Of a stretch of 55,772 nt of DNA, positions 31,317 to 46,263 are shown piece after piece; within the stretch, counting starts at the first letter, position 1, and every line of letters starts with the position of its first letter. Both the position numbers and the translations under genes were made by a program. The notes under the pieces were generated by a model, which worked only from the letters and a program-made list of their open reading frames with translations, made no database searches and was not told the origin of the DNA. Source of the DNA: Tubiluchus corallicola (lineage: Eukaryota; Animalia; Priapulida); NCBI GenBank assembly GCA_030141605.1, contig JAQGDQ010001202.1:1-55772 (forward strand). The letters run 5' to 3'.

Positions 31317-32914
31317 AATTCAATTCAATAAATTTATTCTGCCTATATGTTACACGATAACATACAATTACATAATCATTAATTGCAAATGAAAATAGAG
31401 GACAGGGTGGTGAAAGACGAGAGGTCACCTAAGCAGTCACCCCTACAGCGAAATTTATGTTTAATGCAACGTTTTTTCTTGAAACTAAATACGTGTAGTT
31501 GACGTCATTGATGGAACATTGATGTTCTCTACTGGGTATTTATTAGAACTATTGGAGTTTGTCGGCGCGTAAATGTGAATCTGACATTAGTTGCTTTGTA
31601 CGGATAGATTCAGTTGGCTGTGTTACGATTTTTAGCGTGATTTGGATTCAGAAACAGGGCAAACTTTAAGTTAATTTGATTGTGAAGCTCTAAAATTTAG
31701 GGCGTTTCACAACCCTGAATGCAAACCTCAATTGGCCAAATGGCTCGTCTTATTGGTTTCTATACCTCCGAATACGGAGCTTGTAGTAATATTAAATAGC
31801 TGAGCCCACAAAGTGCAGGAACGTTTTTCTGCAATGCTGTTTGCTAATCCGCTTTTGAGTTTGTTGCACAGAAAGGTTTTCTTAGTTTTAAGGTTTTTTT
31901 CAAGAATCCAGAAGTGTGCCACATTTTTCCCCAATTAACCCTGAAAATTAAAACTCAGATTCTGAACACGAACCAGCACCGTTATTTTTGAAAAGCTGGT
32001 TTAAAGCTATGTGGGTTGCGGTCCCAAGAATGACGTCAAGCTAATAAGGTGACAACAATGACGTCAATCAATTAACAGAGAGAGTTAATCAATTAACTAA
32101 CAATTATCTTTTTAAATGAATTGCTTTGTCCTCTTGTATGTAAATAATATCCGTGCTTGTTTTTTGTTGTTGTTGTTGTTGTTGTCGTGTTTAATATGAA
32201 ATATGTCACTGTATATTTTGCAAGATTTTATAAAAGTGAAAGGGAAACTTCTTCCCTAAATCAATTGCGATCAATTTAAATTATAGTCCTTGAGTCCAAA
32301 AACTGTCGGTTTGAGTAAGTAGGTCATTTCATGGAGGAATCCAAAAGCATGCACAAATGCAGCATTGGAAAAACACCTTCCTTGAAATTTTTAGGACCAT
32401 GTACTTAATATTACGACAAAGCTTCATTTTAGGATATCCAGAAAAAACACAAAATGAACCATATGGATAAGTTGGTCCGTCCAAAAAAAATTAGAGTTGC
32501 ATTCGGTATTGTAAAATACGCTTTCCAGCATATTATACTAATAATATTAAGACGCGCCCTGTTTAAAAAAGCTTTTTGGGTTTCTAGGTAACTGGGTCTA
32601 TCCGTCCGTACAAGAAACTTTCACACGTGGAGCAACACCTGCCTGTAATTTTCAGACTTGCATAATCAATACTTAGGCATGTTTTTAATAAGACAGAAAA
32701 CTTTAAGATCCCCAACAGAAGAAAGATAAGCGGTTTTTCATAAAACTCTCTTGAAAAATGTTCCACGTTTTGACCGAGAAACAGCTTTCAAATGTTTGGT
32801 GTCTAACTTAGCTTATTTTTTAGAGTTTGCACTTGCATAATTGATTGGGACATTGGCGGTTAGGGATATGTTCAATGGCTCCCGTACGAATGACATTTCT
32901 AGGAATCAATTTTT

Positions 32915-35900
32915 TTACAGCATTTCATGTCTGTTGGCCCTCCTTTGGTGAGCTGTAAAACTTAGCGGTCGCACTTTCATCTCGGTTCCTTTCGGAAAAC
33001 GCCCCCCGTAAATGGCATTGTAGTTTGCGTGCCAGCAACTGTGATGCCAATAGCCGGACTTATACTTAGCGGCACAACTTCCGGTGGTCCATTTGTCGTT
33101 ATCCCGGTCTGGAGTACTAAAACGCATTCCATTGTGAAATACCATTTGTTTACCTACAAAATTAATCAAACATTAAGAGGTCCAGTTTTTTACAATAAAT
33201 TTTTTTTGCAAATTGTTATAAAAAGCCCGATGACCCCTGAAAAAGGGTTTTTAAAAAAAGGGTACGATAGGAAGAGAAACAAAATTCACATGACTAACTT
33301 GCCAGTGACAGGAGGTGATTTTTCACACCAGATCAGTACTACCTATGTTTCACCACCTATCAAGTGGGTTAAGGTAGCAAGCTGAACCACCAGTCCAGAT
33401 GTGGCTGAGGTATTCCATGCAAGATTGAATGGTCGATTTATGGTAAAGACAGTGTAAAAAACGGAGGGATGCGTCAGGGTGCAGATATTGTTATCATGCT
33501 GATTTGGGCAAAACGCTAAATATATCAAACAACAAAGTGATTGATTTTACAACATATGTAGACAGTATTATTGTAAAAATCAATAGGATAAACTAGATTA
33601 AATTGTTGCAATCGTAGTATCGTTAAACATAAAAATAAACACTATTATCATTAGGAAACTTAAATAATCACTTCCACTGAAAATCATGACATATAGAGCA
33701 TGGCTAAGTGTAAGTTCCACCAAATAGTGTATGATTATACGTAACCAGCTTCAGAAATCTAGTGAACACCCACAGACTAGTTCCGCCACATTACGCTAGA
33801 TCGTAACTCAGTAGTATGTACCATTAGACAGCTCTTTCACTCTGTGTTTCTCAATTATCCGTTCTAACGTCATGTTACGTAATTAGTCACACGTATTACT
33901 CATACCTCTGCACTGACGTCAGCTCACCTCCGAGCTTCCAGACAGACAGCTATTAACAATCGTCTGCCTTCCAAACTGTACCACAACAGTGGAATGTGGA
34001 TTTGCAATGTTGAAACCACCATTAGATCCAACTGATCACCACTGTGCTACTTTAACTACATTAGTTCTGCCATATCTAACGTTAACGTCTTCACAGAACA
34101 ACCTGTCGCCATCATATCAAAAGCAACGACGTGTCTTTCAAAAACCGGTCACGTACACCTGAATGAAGCCACTTCCCGCATTCAATGAAGCCACTTCCTG
34201 TATCATTATAGTTCCTGTTTCAAACTAAATGTTCTGGCGTTTAATTCGGGATTTTTGAGTAGTCCTATTTTTTACTTTTGAATGGAATACTTAGATTCTT
34301 TATATATTAAAAAATTAAAATGTATGAAAAGGGCTTCTACATGATTGGCATTTTGAGTTCGTTTCTTAAGATAGTTACAGAACGTGCATTCCTATGTTTG
34401 ACTTGGATTCATGATTTGTCTTACAAACCTAATATTAATTTTAGTGCGTACTTTTGTAACCTATTTACTTTCTTACAATTTTTCACTTTTGGTTTTTTGA
34501 AATAGTGCGCAGCCAAATAGAAAATGTGGTAACAGTAGTGTTTTGTTTATTAGTACTTTTATATGCTTTGATATTTGGCCTCTTACTTGTCGTAAATATG
34601 AAAAGCTTGCTACCATTTTCTATAGATGTTCTCAAATTCTTCATCTATTGATAAGTTGTTGTCTACTCTGATTATCAAAAATGTTACAAATTTAACTTGT
34701 TGTATAGTTTCTTTTTCAATTTTTAATGTTACTGATGGTACAGTGTTGATATGGTTAGTGGTTTTCCTATTATTCATTTTTAGTTTGTGGTAATTAAAAG
34801 ACGTGATTATGTTTTGTATGTGTCTTTTTCTAAACATTGTTTTGTAACCTGAATGTTGTCATGAGCTAAATAAATAGTGGTGTCATCTGCGTACTGTGTA
34901 ATATCTGAATACCGTAGCACTTTTGAAATATTGTTAACATATAAGCAAGATAATAAAGGCCCTAGCACTGTACCTAGTGGTATACCCTGCTACATGGTAT
35001 TCCAATCTGAATAGGTGGTCTGATTTAATTTTACATGCTTTTTTCTATTTAAAATTGTGAATGAGTTTTAAGGATACTTTGTCAAAACCTATTTGTTTTA
35101 AATTTTGTAGATGATGATCAATATTATCGAAAGCTTTGCTTAAATCCAGGAATTCGGCTATGAGAAATTTATTTTCATCTAGTTTGCCCCTCATTCATTT
35201 AGTAAATCATAAAGTACTTACTGGCGTTGCTACGAGTATCGTAGACGGTCAGTTTGTAATCTTCGAGTTCAGATCCAACAGTGAACACGTCGTAGTCTCT
35301 GTGGGATCTTCTTCCATCAAAAGTTTCCGTGTCTATACGCAAATGCTGTGGCTTGTCAAAAGTGAATTGACTTATTTTATCGTTGCCTGCAAATGGAAAA
35401 TCAAGTGTCAGCAAACATTATAAAGAAATAACCAGGTGTAAATTTCATCGTATGTAACGAACAGTAAGCAGTCACCAATGCTTGCAAGCAGAAATAATTA
35501 ACAGCGTGATTTGGACATTGGTGTATTATGTTTAAAATTAGACATGATGTACTACTGAGTATGTTGGTGGTAATAACCGTGTTTCATTCGGTGATTCATT
35601 TTGTTTTTGAAAACGTGAAGTTCAGTGTTCCGTTCTGAGTTTTGACCCATCAGATGTAGCAGTTTCAAACTATGTCAAGGACAATGATCTGAAAAAATTT
35701 GGTTATCTGTTAAAGCACTTTCGAGATGATTGGGGTATATGTTAAACTTTGGTGCTAGGCTTTTTTCATCACAAACTTTTTAGCACATGGACATTTAGAC
35801 GCATGGAACATTTCACACACTTATTTTCACACACACACACACATTGGACACATGGCAAAACGCATCGAAAGAAAACTGTAGCGAAATAAACGTGTGTGAA

Positions 35901-38900
35901 AATTCTGTATCTCTGCCGTTTGCCTAACTGTTGTGTGACCAAACTGCCGTCCTGCCAAAAAAGCCAGACCCCATTCAACTTATTTTATGACTATTATTTA
36001 ATTAACTTTATTTAAGATGTCTCAAATAACACGACCTGTAGCTTTTGTGGTTTAGAGCATAAAGATATGCTGGATTAAATATGAATCGAAGACAAATTAC
36101 CAGTCACAATAGTTTAGATTTCACCGATTCTCTTTAGAGATTCAGTTAACGTGCAAAAGGACGCAGGTAATTATACAACCAGACAATGATGTATGATAAC
36201 AAAAATATGTCGCCTCCCAAAAAATCTAAACACATTGCTATTAGATTGTAGTCAGGACCAGTGCTATGAAAATTGTTAGTCTCCACCCTACAAAAGTCGA
36301 AGATTAGTGCTTTGTGCTTCATGTAGTACCCCGGTCTGACCAAAAAGTGTTTAGAGCTTGAGTCTCCACCTTTAGTCACAAGTACATATTAAAAACTGAA
36401 GGCCCACATAAAAGTTCTAATATTACAAGTCAAGATAATTTGTGCATAGGCCTCCTAAAACAATAAAGCATAGGCTTCTATACTTCTAAAGCATAGGCTT
36501 TTCTGGCTTTTTTATCAGTGGTTTTTTTAATGTCAATTTTCTACAGATAGCATCGCCAAATTATTTAGTCTCAGTAAAATTTATGAGTTAAGTTTATGAG
36601 CTGTGTCGTATAGTGGTAGTACTTGTTGGTGGATTATTGAGGAGGCCGCAGCCATTTATTGACGTGAGGTGGTGACAAAGCTATAAGATCTGGATTGATG
36701 AGCGACTAACACATTTATTTCACAATAATATATTACATGGTAAAATACATATCATAGCTCTGCCAAACCGCCCAAGACCTGTTCCTGCTTCCTCGAGATC
36801 CCCCGTGATCTAACCGTCTCATTCCACTTGGCTTCCTTCAGCTTTTTGGACTCACAGCGCATGCGTTATAATTGTTGCTAGTCTGACAATTCAGACGGGC
36901 AATGTCCATATTTGGAACTCTCAGTCACATGACAGCCGCACCTAAAATCATGGCTTCATTTCTACATATCTCTCATATCCCCTTTATAGAGTCGTTTCCT
37001 TACTGAACTACTAATACTAATCATACAATTATCATCTTCTCTTTACTGTCTCTCTTGTAAAATTGTTGACTGTAGGTACCTTTTTATACTGTGTTGAGAG
37101 TTTGAATACACCACAGTATCAAGAAACGTCTTGCACACTTGACACTCAAATTAAATAATCTGCATTACTATACAAATAATTAATAAAGATACTCAGTAGT
37201 GCATCATATTTAATTTGAGTGTCAAGTGTGCAAGAAGTTTCTTGATACTGTCAAAGACAGTGAAACTATTGTGGACGATATTCAAACTCTCAACACGGTA
37301 TAAAGAGGTACCTACAGTCAACAATTTTACAAGAAAGACTAAATAATCATTACGGCGTCTTTCGCTCGAGTTTGTGCGTGGGACCCCCTCTTGACGCGGG
37401 GCCCAATTTGAACAAATCTATTTAAAAGGTTTAAAACCGACACTGGCTGTAGTTATAAATTAACTAACAACCTAAGCGGCACGTTATTATTTTCTTACCA
37501 AGCCAGAATTCACCATTAAGACTGCCAAAACCAAACTTAAACGCATCCCATCTGCGACCAAAATGCTCAGATCCGTCAAACCTTTTTTGAAACACCTGAA
37601 GTTGTATAGGTATAGATATATTATATAATATATATTATATATATATAATATTAGATATAGATGTTTTTAATTTAATACTGTTTGCAGAAATTTTAGTTTT
37701 TGCTCCGCTGATGTCAAACGGGTTCAGTTTAAATCTTATTGTTCAACTTTTTTCTGTTCTAGCCTCTGAATCACTTTTAATCTCGGTACTATTAGGAAAT
37801 TAAAAGCGGTCTACTACTTTGCATTAACGAAATTTTTTGCTTTGCCACCTCAGCATCTAAAATATGTAACGAGAATGGCTGTAATCATTTAAAGTCATTT
37901 TACGTATAAAAATACTTTTAGCCTTCATCAGTGAGTTTTAAATTCAAGCAGTGAAATCATACGTAGTTTTATTCTTAATACTGATGTCATTTAAACTTCG
38001 AATATATTTGCTCACTGAAAGTATGCACTCACTAATGCCTTTTACATATTTAGCTTTGCAATTCTCTGTTCTTTTTGTAAATATTTAATTCATTTGTCTT
38101 GTAGAAATATTTTAACTATGATTTTTAACTAGGCTTTGTTTATTATACTATGGTACTTTTTATGCACCGAAATCAATGTAAAATAAAAATATAGTAGTAT
38201 AATTGTATTAATAATAATGGTACTTTGTGTAATGTTTGGTTCTCTGTACACATATTTTATATTGCACTGTGTTTTTCGTCTATAAACTTTCCTCTTAAAT
38301 TCCTAAGACTAATAAAGTACTTAAGCATACTAGTTATGGCAATTCTCTGCCTAATTACAGAATTGCTATAACTAAGTGCTTAATTAGTCTTAAACATTTC
38401 ATTTTCATCACAAAATTGGTGTAATTGTAGTTCTTTCGATCTTATTGTCAATAAACAGGCTAAACGTTCTTACTTTGTGACTTGACTTCACATATCAGTT
38501 GCCGAAAAATGTTAATTAAATGTGTAAATTAATTCTGAAATTCTGCCTAAATAAACTTTTAAATCCCCAGAATTTATGTTTGTCCTTTCGCATCACGTAC
38601 TTACCACCCATCCACCCCCATCAGTTTCCATGTCGCAATAAACTTTCATTGGTTCTTCACTAAAACTAGGTTTAATCACGTATGGTCCACTTTGGACAAC
38701 ACCTTTTTCTCTCAATGCTGCACAGTCGTCTGGTAGACCTGAGCAAGAATGCAGTTAGCATGCAACTGTTGAACTGATAACACGATATACACTTATGAAG
38801 TTTATATATCTTCTTAAAGCACAAAGAACTTGCGTTAATATTAACGCCGTACTCCCTAATAAAGCCAAGCAACCATTGAAACAAATTTAGATAACATTAA

Positions 38901-41542
38901 GTTAAGTTTGAAAAAATAATCAGAGCTTAATCGGACCAAACTCTCCACTAACTAAGCAAAAGCATAAATTTGTTTACATTGTCAATAAGGTCAATAATGC
39001 ATTTTTGGTTAATCATTGGAGCACCCAAGGATGGTCATGCAGTCCTTGTTCGCGAATATTTTAAATTATTAAGAATTTTCTTTTCCAATTACACACATCT
39101 TTCATATACGCAAGAGTAATACTAAGTAATATAAGTTTGTATGGAAAGATCTTTAGAATATGCTTTAATTAGTTTTTCATCCCTTTTAAAATCGATTTGA
39201 TCATTTCAAGAATCATGGTGCGCTCAGCCAAAATTGTTTGCAGTGTGTTAACGCTTTGTCAAATCGTTATATGCAAATAAAATAAATATAACTGATAATA
39301 CAGTAACACAACAGGTTATCAAAGTCATTACTGTAATTATTGTACTGTAATAATTACCTATTGAGTGGCTTGAGCAGGATCCGAGCTGCACTGCAGATTC
39401 CAGAACAGATTCAATCAAATTTAACGTCTTGGCTAAGTCTTGGTCCTAGAATTCAATGATGAAGATATGACTAAAAATATTTCTTAATGGTATTTTGACA
39501 AGTTTATTGTGGAGTTTCCATTGAACAAATTGTAAAAAGTTCTAAAAATCCAAGTAGAAGTTCAAAGCTCATCCTACCTAAGGAAGGGCATTATGTCAAC
39601 TTGCAAGCTTTTTATTATATACTGCGACTGGCTGGGTTTATGAAGTACATTATGTGTATGGTTTTTCTTGAGAGCTGGTTGGGGTTATGATGGATACTAT
39701 TCACTAGCCAGTCCCTACCTAATATGCTGAGTTTACACAACACGCTTAACATCATTAATACTTCTTTTGGTAATGACAATGGTAAGGTTGAACACATTGA
39801 CAGTGACAAGAAACAATACTATGCTTGCCTGTCACGAACATTGAAAGTTTTTACTTACCGTTGGGTTAAAACTATTCGCAGTTCTTTCAAGAGCCTGCAA
39901 TCTATCTTCCAGATAAACAGTATTGGCATCACCTTCTAGAACATTTTGCAAGAGTGCATAGTGTTCATTTCGCGACGAGGTGGTCCAAGCCTAAACATAG
40001 TAGTTAGTGTTTTATTTCTATTTAAAATCTATTTTAGCATAACAAAAATGCTATATAACAAATAATAGATAACAGTTACACCAAGAGAAATTTTATTCTC
40101 CAGCCTGAACCCGCTTGCGAATTACTTACATCGCTAGAATTGTAAATTCAAATAATTGTTTTTTACGAATCATTATTGGGTTGATCGTTATTAGGGTTTA
40201 ACGATTAACGTTGATCGTTAAAGGACAAGAAAACTGGCACCTGAAGTAGGTTTCAGAAAATTCGCCTTTAAAAATCATACTACTTTATGGCAACTATATG
40301 CATATATTATACTCGTGTTGAAAGGATTTTTAGTTTGTTTTCATTTTGAATTTACCGCAATACTGTTCCGACCAAGCCATTACATGACGTCACCTACGCA
40401 CAACGTAAATCAGGGGAAGAAAAGCAAATGTTAAATTATGTCCCCAAAAACTTTCCATGCAAATCTACTCCCGCATTTCGCTTACGTGCTTAAAAGTCCT
40501 ATATGTAACTAGAACAGAAAATAAATAATTATTTAAAATGTTTTCACCAATCGGTAAAATGTCGCTGACTCGCCCTTCAGGGTGCACCACTCACTAGCTA
40601 AAAATGTATTTTTAATCTTATTGAGAAGATACAGCAATTTAAATTCTTTTAGTTGGTAACATGTACGGTACGAATGCTCTGATTATTTTTTCAAACGTCA
40701 CGCAATGTTATCTAAACTTGTTTCAAACGACAATGTTTTAATCATTTTCTAAAAAGAGAAAGAAAAAGAAAGAGAGAGAAAAACGAGCAACTCAGCAGGA
40801 ATGCTAAAGCCAAGGCGAGGGTATTATTATTATTAATTATAATAAATACCAACTGCAACTTTCTGAACTTAATGAAGATATATTTTAGATGTGTCCTGCT
40901 TTTTGGATATCTTTTCACACCTGTGATTGGGAAAACGCCCAAGTAATTTAAAGCTCATAAATAATTCCTGCTGACTTGCTCATTTTTCTCTATCTTTTTT
41001 TTCTTTTAGAAAATGCTTATAGACTAAAGGTAACATTTCTGGAGCTCATTAAAGATGAATTTATCATGGAAAATTGTGGAATTTAAAAAGCTATTTTTAG
41101 TACCTTTAGTTATATTTATCTGTGAGTGAAAAATCATGTTTGCTCGTATGTAATATGAAAACTAGTATATGTTAGTATAATTTTTTTGAAGTAATAATGC
41201 AAAATAAACTAAAAGTTAATCATGAGCATTTTTGTAATTTTGATTAGACCAGTCAAGATTATAAAAAATTCGAAAGGTAATTTTTCATAAAATTTGTTGT
41301 TATTTAAATTAGCTCGTAACCATTTTAAATGCAATTAGCAGTACTTTACGTGTACATACTGTACGTATCCTAATCTGATGAACCAATTATACTCATAGAA
41401 GAATGCTTACAAAATTATATGTATGCTTGTGAGTAGGTTTACTAACGAAATTATGCAACATTCTAATATTATGTTAAATACTTACACAATTCAAAAGTAA
41501 AAATGCTACGAACTTCAACATTGCAGAAATTGTACGAGGCAT
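32915..41542 (-). CDS. Fibrinogen-related-domain protein A (signal peptide + short helical neck + FReD), 303 aa, 7 coding exons, intact
   Basis: Exons 41542-41486, 39990-39859, 39445-39358, 38738-38605, 37595-37499, 35386-35222 and 33153-32915 total 912 nt in frame. Motifs include [47 protein letters not shown] and EMKVRP. Confidence 0.9.
34560..35195 (-). mobile_element. Decayed CR1/L2-type reverse transcriptase fragment in intron 6 of FReD gene A
   Basis: The minus strand encodes [25 protein letters not shown] and YADDT, with disruptions. Boundaries are approximate. Confidence 0.8.
36563..37049 (-). repeat. Dispersed ~480-bp repeat, inverted copy of 42560-43027, with an LTR-like core
   Basis: Near-identical in reverse complement to 42560-43027. 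The core runs TGTAGAAATG...AATAAA...TACGACA. Confidence 0.8.
37048..37339. repeat. Long palindrome or foldback element with ~130-bp arms
   Basis: TCTTGTAAAATTGTTGACTGTAGGTACC...CTTGCACACTTGACACTCAAATTAAATA is mirrored by TATTTAATTTGAGTGTCAAGTGTGCAAG...GGTACCTACAGTCAACAATTTTACAAGA. Confidence 0.85.
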
Positions 41543-42559
41543 GCAGCTTGTTTAAATGCTCTATACTCCCTAAGGATTCGCAGGAGAAACTACTTCTCTT
41601 ACTAGGCCTAGCGCTCTGAAGTTCAAATAATAAACACTTCAAAATTTATTTGGTAAACGCCTTATGGCGCCAAAAAGATGCTATATTGATTTAACTCTTG
41701 AGTTATAATATGGATTTTAATAATGGATTTTCCCATGTTTATATACTAAATATATATTAAATTTTAAACCGCTACTTTAACAAATATCCGTAATGTATAT
41801 CAGACAAACATAAAAGTACTTCTCTGCTTTTTCGCTAGAGATTTGTATTTTATTTGAATTTCAGACCATAAATGCATGAACAATTGCATTATTTTGTTTT
41901 TGCGTTATTAACAAAATCCTCCCATAGTCCTATGGAACGTTTGCCTTTGTTTCCAGAAAGGTTTAGACAGTCTAAACAAGGCAGAGGGCTTCTTCAACCT
42001 TCGATATTCTAACCCGAAGCCAAACACAGCCTGATATTTTCTAAAAAAAATGCATACGTTCAGTTTTCTGGCTCGGAACAATCCTATTACGAAATGTGAA
42101 GCGTAATGTTTAAAAATGCCTCAATACTCACTGTTCTGCCCAAGCCTCATTGTTTTGATTTCATGTTTAGCACTTTAACTTTGCCTACACTCTTTCCAGT
42201 ATATGAGTAATATTGTAGTACTTGTAGCAATAATTTCTCTGTTGACAGTTGAGGATAGCAGATAATCAAGATACTTATTGAGAGAACACCAAATTCTTGG
42301 CCATGTCCAACGACTATCGAGATTTCCGCGGGAGTGAAAATTCACACAACTCACCTTGTTCAGTGTGTGTGATTTTTATTCGGCATTGAGTTACCTATAT
42401 TTAATACATAGGAAACAGTTTGTAAACAAAATTCATGATAAAGAAATTTGCTATCTTTAGAAATTAGTTTCGTATTTAGACAAAGTTGTCGGAAACGAAT
42501 TGTATTATATATACACAACAATCATTGTGTATATATAAAATTAAAACTAGACTTATTCT

Positions 42560-43027
42560 ACAGTAAAGAGAAGATGATAATTGTATGATTAGTATTAGCA
42601 GTTCAGTAATGAAACGACTCTATGAAGGGGATATGAGAGATATGTAGAAATGAAGCCATGATTTTAGGTGCGGCTGTCATGTGACTGAATTCCATATATG
42701 GACAGCAACAATTATAACGCATGCGCTGTGAGTCTAAAAAGCTGAAGGAAGCCAAGTGGAATGGGAGATCAGATCACGGGGGAATCTCGAGGAAGCAGGA
42801 ACAGATCTTGGGCGGTTCGGCAGAGCTATGATATGTACTTTACCATGTAACATATTATTGTGAAATAAATGTGTTAGTCGCTCATCAATCCAGGTCTTAT
42901 AGCTTTGTCACCACCTCACGTCAATAAACGGCTGCGGCCTCCTCAATAATCCACCAACAAGTACTACCACTATACGACACAGCTCATAAACATAGCTTAT
43001 AAACTTTACTCTACTGCAAGACTAATT
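42560..43027 (+). repeat. Dispersed ~470-bp repeat, partner of 36563-37049
   Basis: Reverse-complement match to 36563-37049; this copy lacks ~25 bp present in the other. Confidence 0.8.
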
Positions 43028-44090
43028 ATGAGTGTTCTGTACATAGTAAGAACGTGGTCTTCTGTACTTTAATTGTATAATGAATAACTTTAAATACAAG
43101 TGATTTTGTCTCCAGCTCATTAAATACGTAGTTGCTTAATGCATATGATCTTATGAAATTATAGGCAAGGAATAGTTCCTTGGGGAAAACCTGTCATGTT
43201 TGTAAAATACTGGCTACAGGTTTTTCCCACATTTATTACATAGAGGGTATCTTTATAATTTCCTTTATAGTACTTATATAGTATATAACTTTGCAGCGAT
43301 TAAATAGTTATTAACAATTATTATCATATATCAGTATGACGTCTAACCTTTTTTGTATTATTGTCACTCAACATGTACGTCTAACCTTGTAATATTATTG
43401 CAAATAGGTATTTGTATCATTAATTTAATTAATTTAACGTGTGTCTATTAATTAATGGTGTTTTAATTAATCGTTCTTTGTATCTATTTTATGTTTAATC
43501 AGGAACTACAGTGATAATCAACAAAATACTTCTATATACTCCTATACACAATATTTCTAATAATACGCTTTTCGTGAAATTCCTTTAGATACAAAAAATC
43601 ATTCAGTTTGATCGTGTTGTAATCCCAGATTTCAAGTGAAAACAAAATAGCAAAGACACTAAAAAATTCTCGACAAAAGTACTAAAATAGCATTTTGGAG
43701 GCTTTGTTGTGTTTCGTATGTTCACGAATGACTTCGGGTTTGTCATTTCATTGCGTAACATCTTACGTGCGCTGCACTGCTAGCATCTGCTGCGAGGTAG
43801 AGAAAGTAATGTCGTTCACACAGTTTGTTGTCAGTTGTCACGTGCTAAAAGTCCTTAAATGAGATACCTAGCTTAAGGCCTTAAAGAAACATATAATTAT
43901 ATCACGTATCTATGATTTCGCATTCTCACTTTTGATGGCTCTTAAATTTACACAAAACTGTAAGACCCTAAAGGAGCATTCCCTTAACTTTAATTTAAGC
44001 GGTCATTTATTTATTTATATATATTTTTATTTAAAATGTAGTTCTCTTGACTCCTTCAAGACCGCCCCACTCAAAAAGCCTTATAATTGA

Positions 44091-45359
44091 TGTGACGATT
44101 GGGGTAGGTCATTTGATCGAAGACAGTCGCTCGATAGCAATTTGACTGGCCTGACCGAGCTAAAGAAAGGGGGGACCAATCATCTACCTGTCAGCTCTAG
44201 ACAGCGGCAAGCTTACAGGCAGTCTACGGGGGACCTGTCTATTGTGCAGTGTGGTTCGATGCGGGATGTGTAGTTTAATTTGATTGGAGTTGGAATAATG
44301 CAAACGACAATGCATAGGCAACTAATGCACAAAAGATCAACAGTGTAAATTTTACAAATATAATTATTATACAACAAAACATATAGGTAAACAGCTTTAT
44401 CTTTAGTCATACAATAATAAAATGGGGTACCCATTTTCCCAACTACATGCCACCCCAAATGATGTAGTCCTCGCTAGCGCTATGATGATCAACCGGCATT
44501 ATCTCACTTAGAAAATACACCATAGAGGTTGCGTAGTACTACTAAGTCTAACGTAGGGCGTCTCTACGATGAGGTTGCAGCTCAGTGTCTATTAATGTCA
44601 CCACCAATTTCTTGAACAGCGAGGAGGTTAAGTCCAGCTTCCACGCAACTGCTAACATCAGATAAGCAAATACTAAATTGTGCAACTTACAGTCTCTGGG
44701 TTGTTACCGTACTGGGGGTGCCTCGTCACCTCAAACATGGATCCGCCTCTCAACGGTTTGTCGGTACACCAATAGCACTTCCCAACAATACGAACACAGC
44801 AATGAGACAAAGTCTTAATTGTCACCAAGCTTTGTGGAAATCTCTACCACCAAAAACATCTGTCCACTCAGTTGTCCAATGGTTTCAGACCTCATGAACA
44901 AAGTCACCATGCGATATAACTGACTACGTGGACAATACTACTTACACGTCATATCAGTCTACGTGCCGTACCTGGAGTCAAGTTGCTGACCTCTTTTTGA
45001 TACCTGCGAGAGTAGTCGTAGGCATAGGTATACGCTGGCTTCCTACAGCTATCATTACAAGCGATTAAACTGGCCCTCCTGCAGTACTTAGTATCCTTGG
45101 CTCATGGTCATTATCGGTTACAGGCTACAGAAAATATCTTTTTAATACTAATCTAAATTTACTTCCACATTTGAACAAAATATTCTGCTCAATATATATT
45201 GACATATGCATAGCATAGCAGGGCCGAATTTGTATTTTTTCCAAACTCTGCAACCGGGGCAACGAACCAACTGACAGACTAACTGAACAAACACCACACT
45301 CACATGACGTAAGCTACTACACGAGTCTGTTTATGTGGAAAGCTGACATGAACGTTACA
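44091..45359. mobile_element. Possible solo LTR
   Basis: A relatively GC-rich block bounded by TGTGACG...CGTTACA. No TSD was found. Confidence 0.3.
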
Positions 45360-46132
45360 TAAGACTTCTGACTTTACTGCTACTGTATGAGCACAGACAT
45401 AACTAAATGATTACAATTTAGATAGTGTCCTATTCAGGAGAATCTCAGATATCCAACCAAGTGATTTAATTGGACAAAATTAAGATAAACATGGCATTTT
45501 CAGGCACTCTAACTTAGCCTGTCAAGTGGCTTAGTCTGCTGTACACTTGCGTGATCGTACACACAATTTTATTGATCGCCTGCCCCCTACAGCTCAAGAG
45601 AATTGTCTGCTGTTATTCCAGAAAAAAACGACCGATCAGCGAAGAACAAGTCAAGGTGGTTTCATCATTTAACAAGAATTTCTCCTTAAAAATAGAGTAT
45701 ACTTGAAGCCAAAGTTGTGTCTGGATAGTTGAAATTTTCTGTATTAGCCAATTTCACACAAGTGACACTGTACTTTGTTACAGTACAAACACTGCAGTTA
45801 CTGAAAGCTTTCCAATTTATTTTTTAACAAAATCAATTTTTAGTTGTTCTAAGGTAAGGAAATGCGTTTCATGTTTAAATTTGCATGATAGTCCATTGTG
45901 TGAGGAGTAAAAACCTGCAAAAATTATCAAATATGGCGTAATCGCTTCTTAGTAAGATCAGAGTGATTACTAATTATTCATTATTAATTATTTTTAATTG
46001 TTTGTTTACGATTACGTGCTCAGTTTGTACTTGCAATATTAAAAGCGTAAGTATGTATGTTATTAGAAATCTTTTCCATGAAAATAGATTTGCTATTACA
46101 TTATTGTACATAATTGTATAAAATAAAGATTT

Positions 46133-46174
46133 ATCATCATCATCGTCATCGTCATCATCACCATCATCATCATC

Positions 46175-46241
<67 letters not shown>

Positions 46242-46263
46242 CCATTATTATCATCATCACCAT
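46133..46263. repeat. (CAT)n tract
   Basis: Directly visible. Confidence 0.95.
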
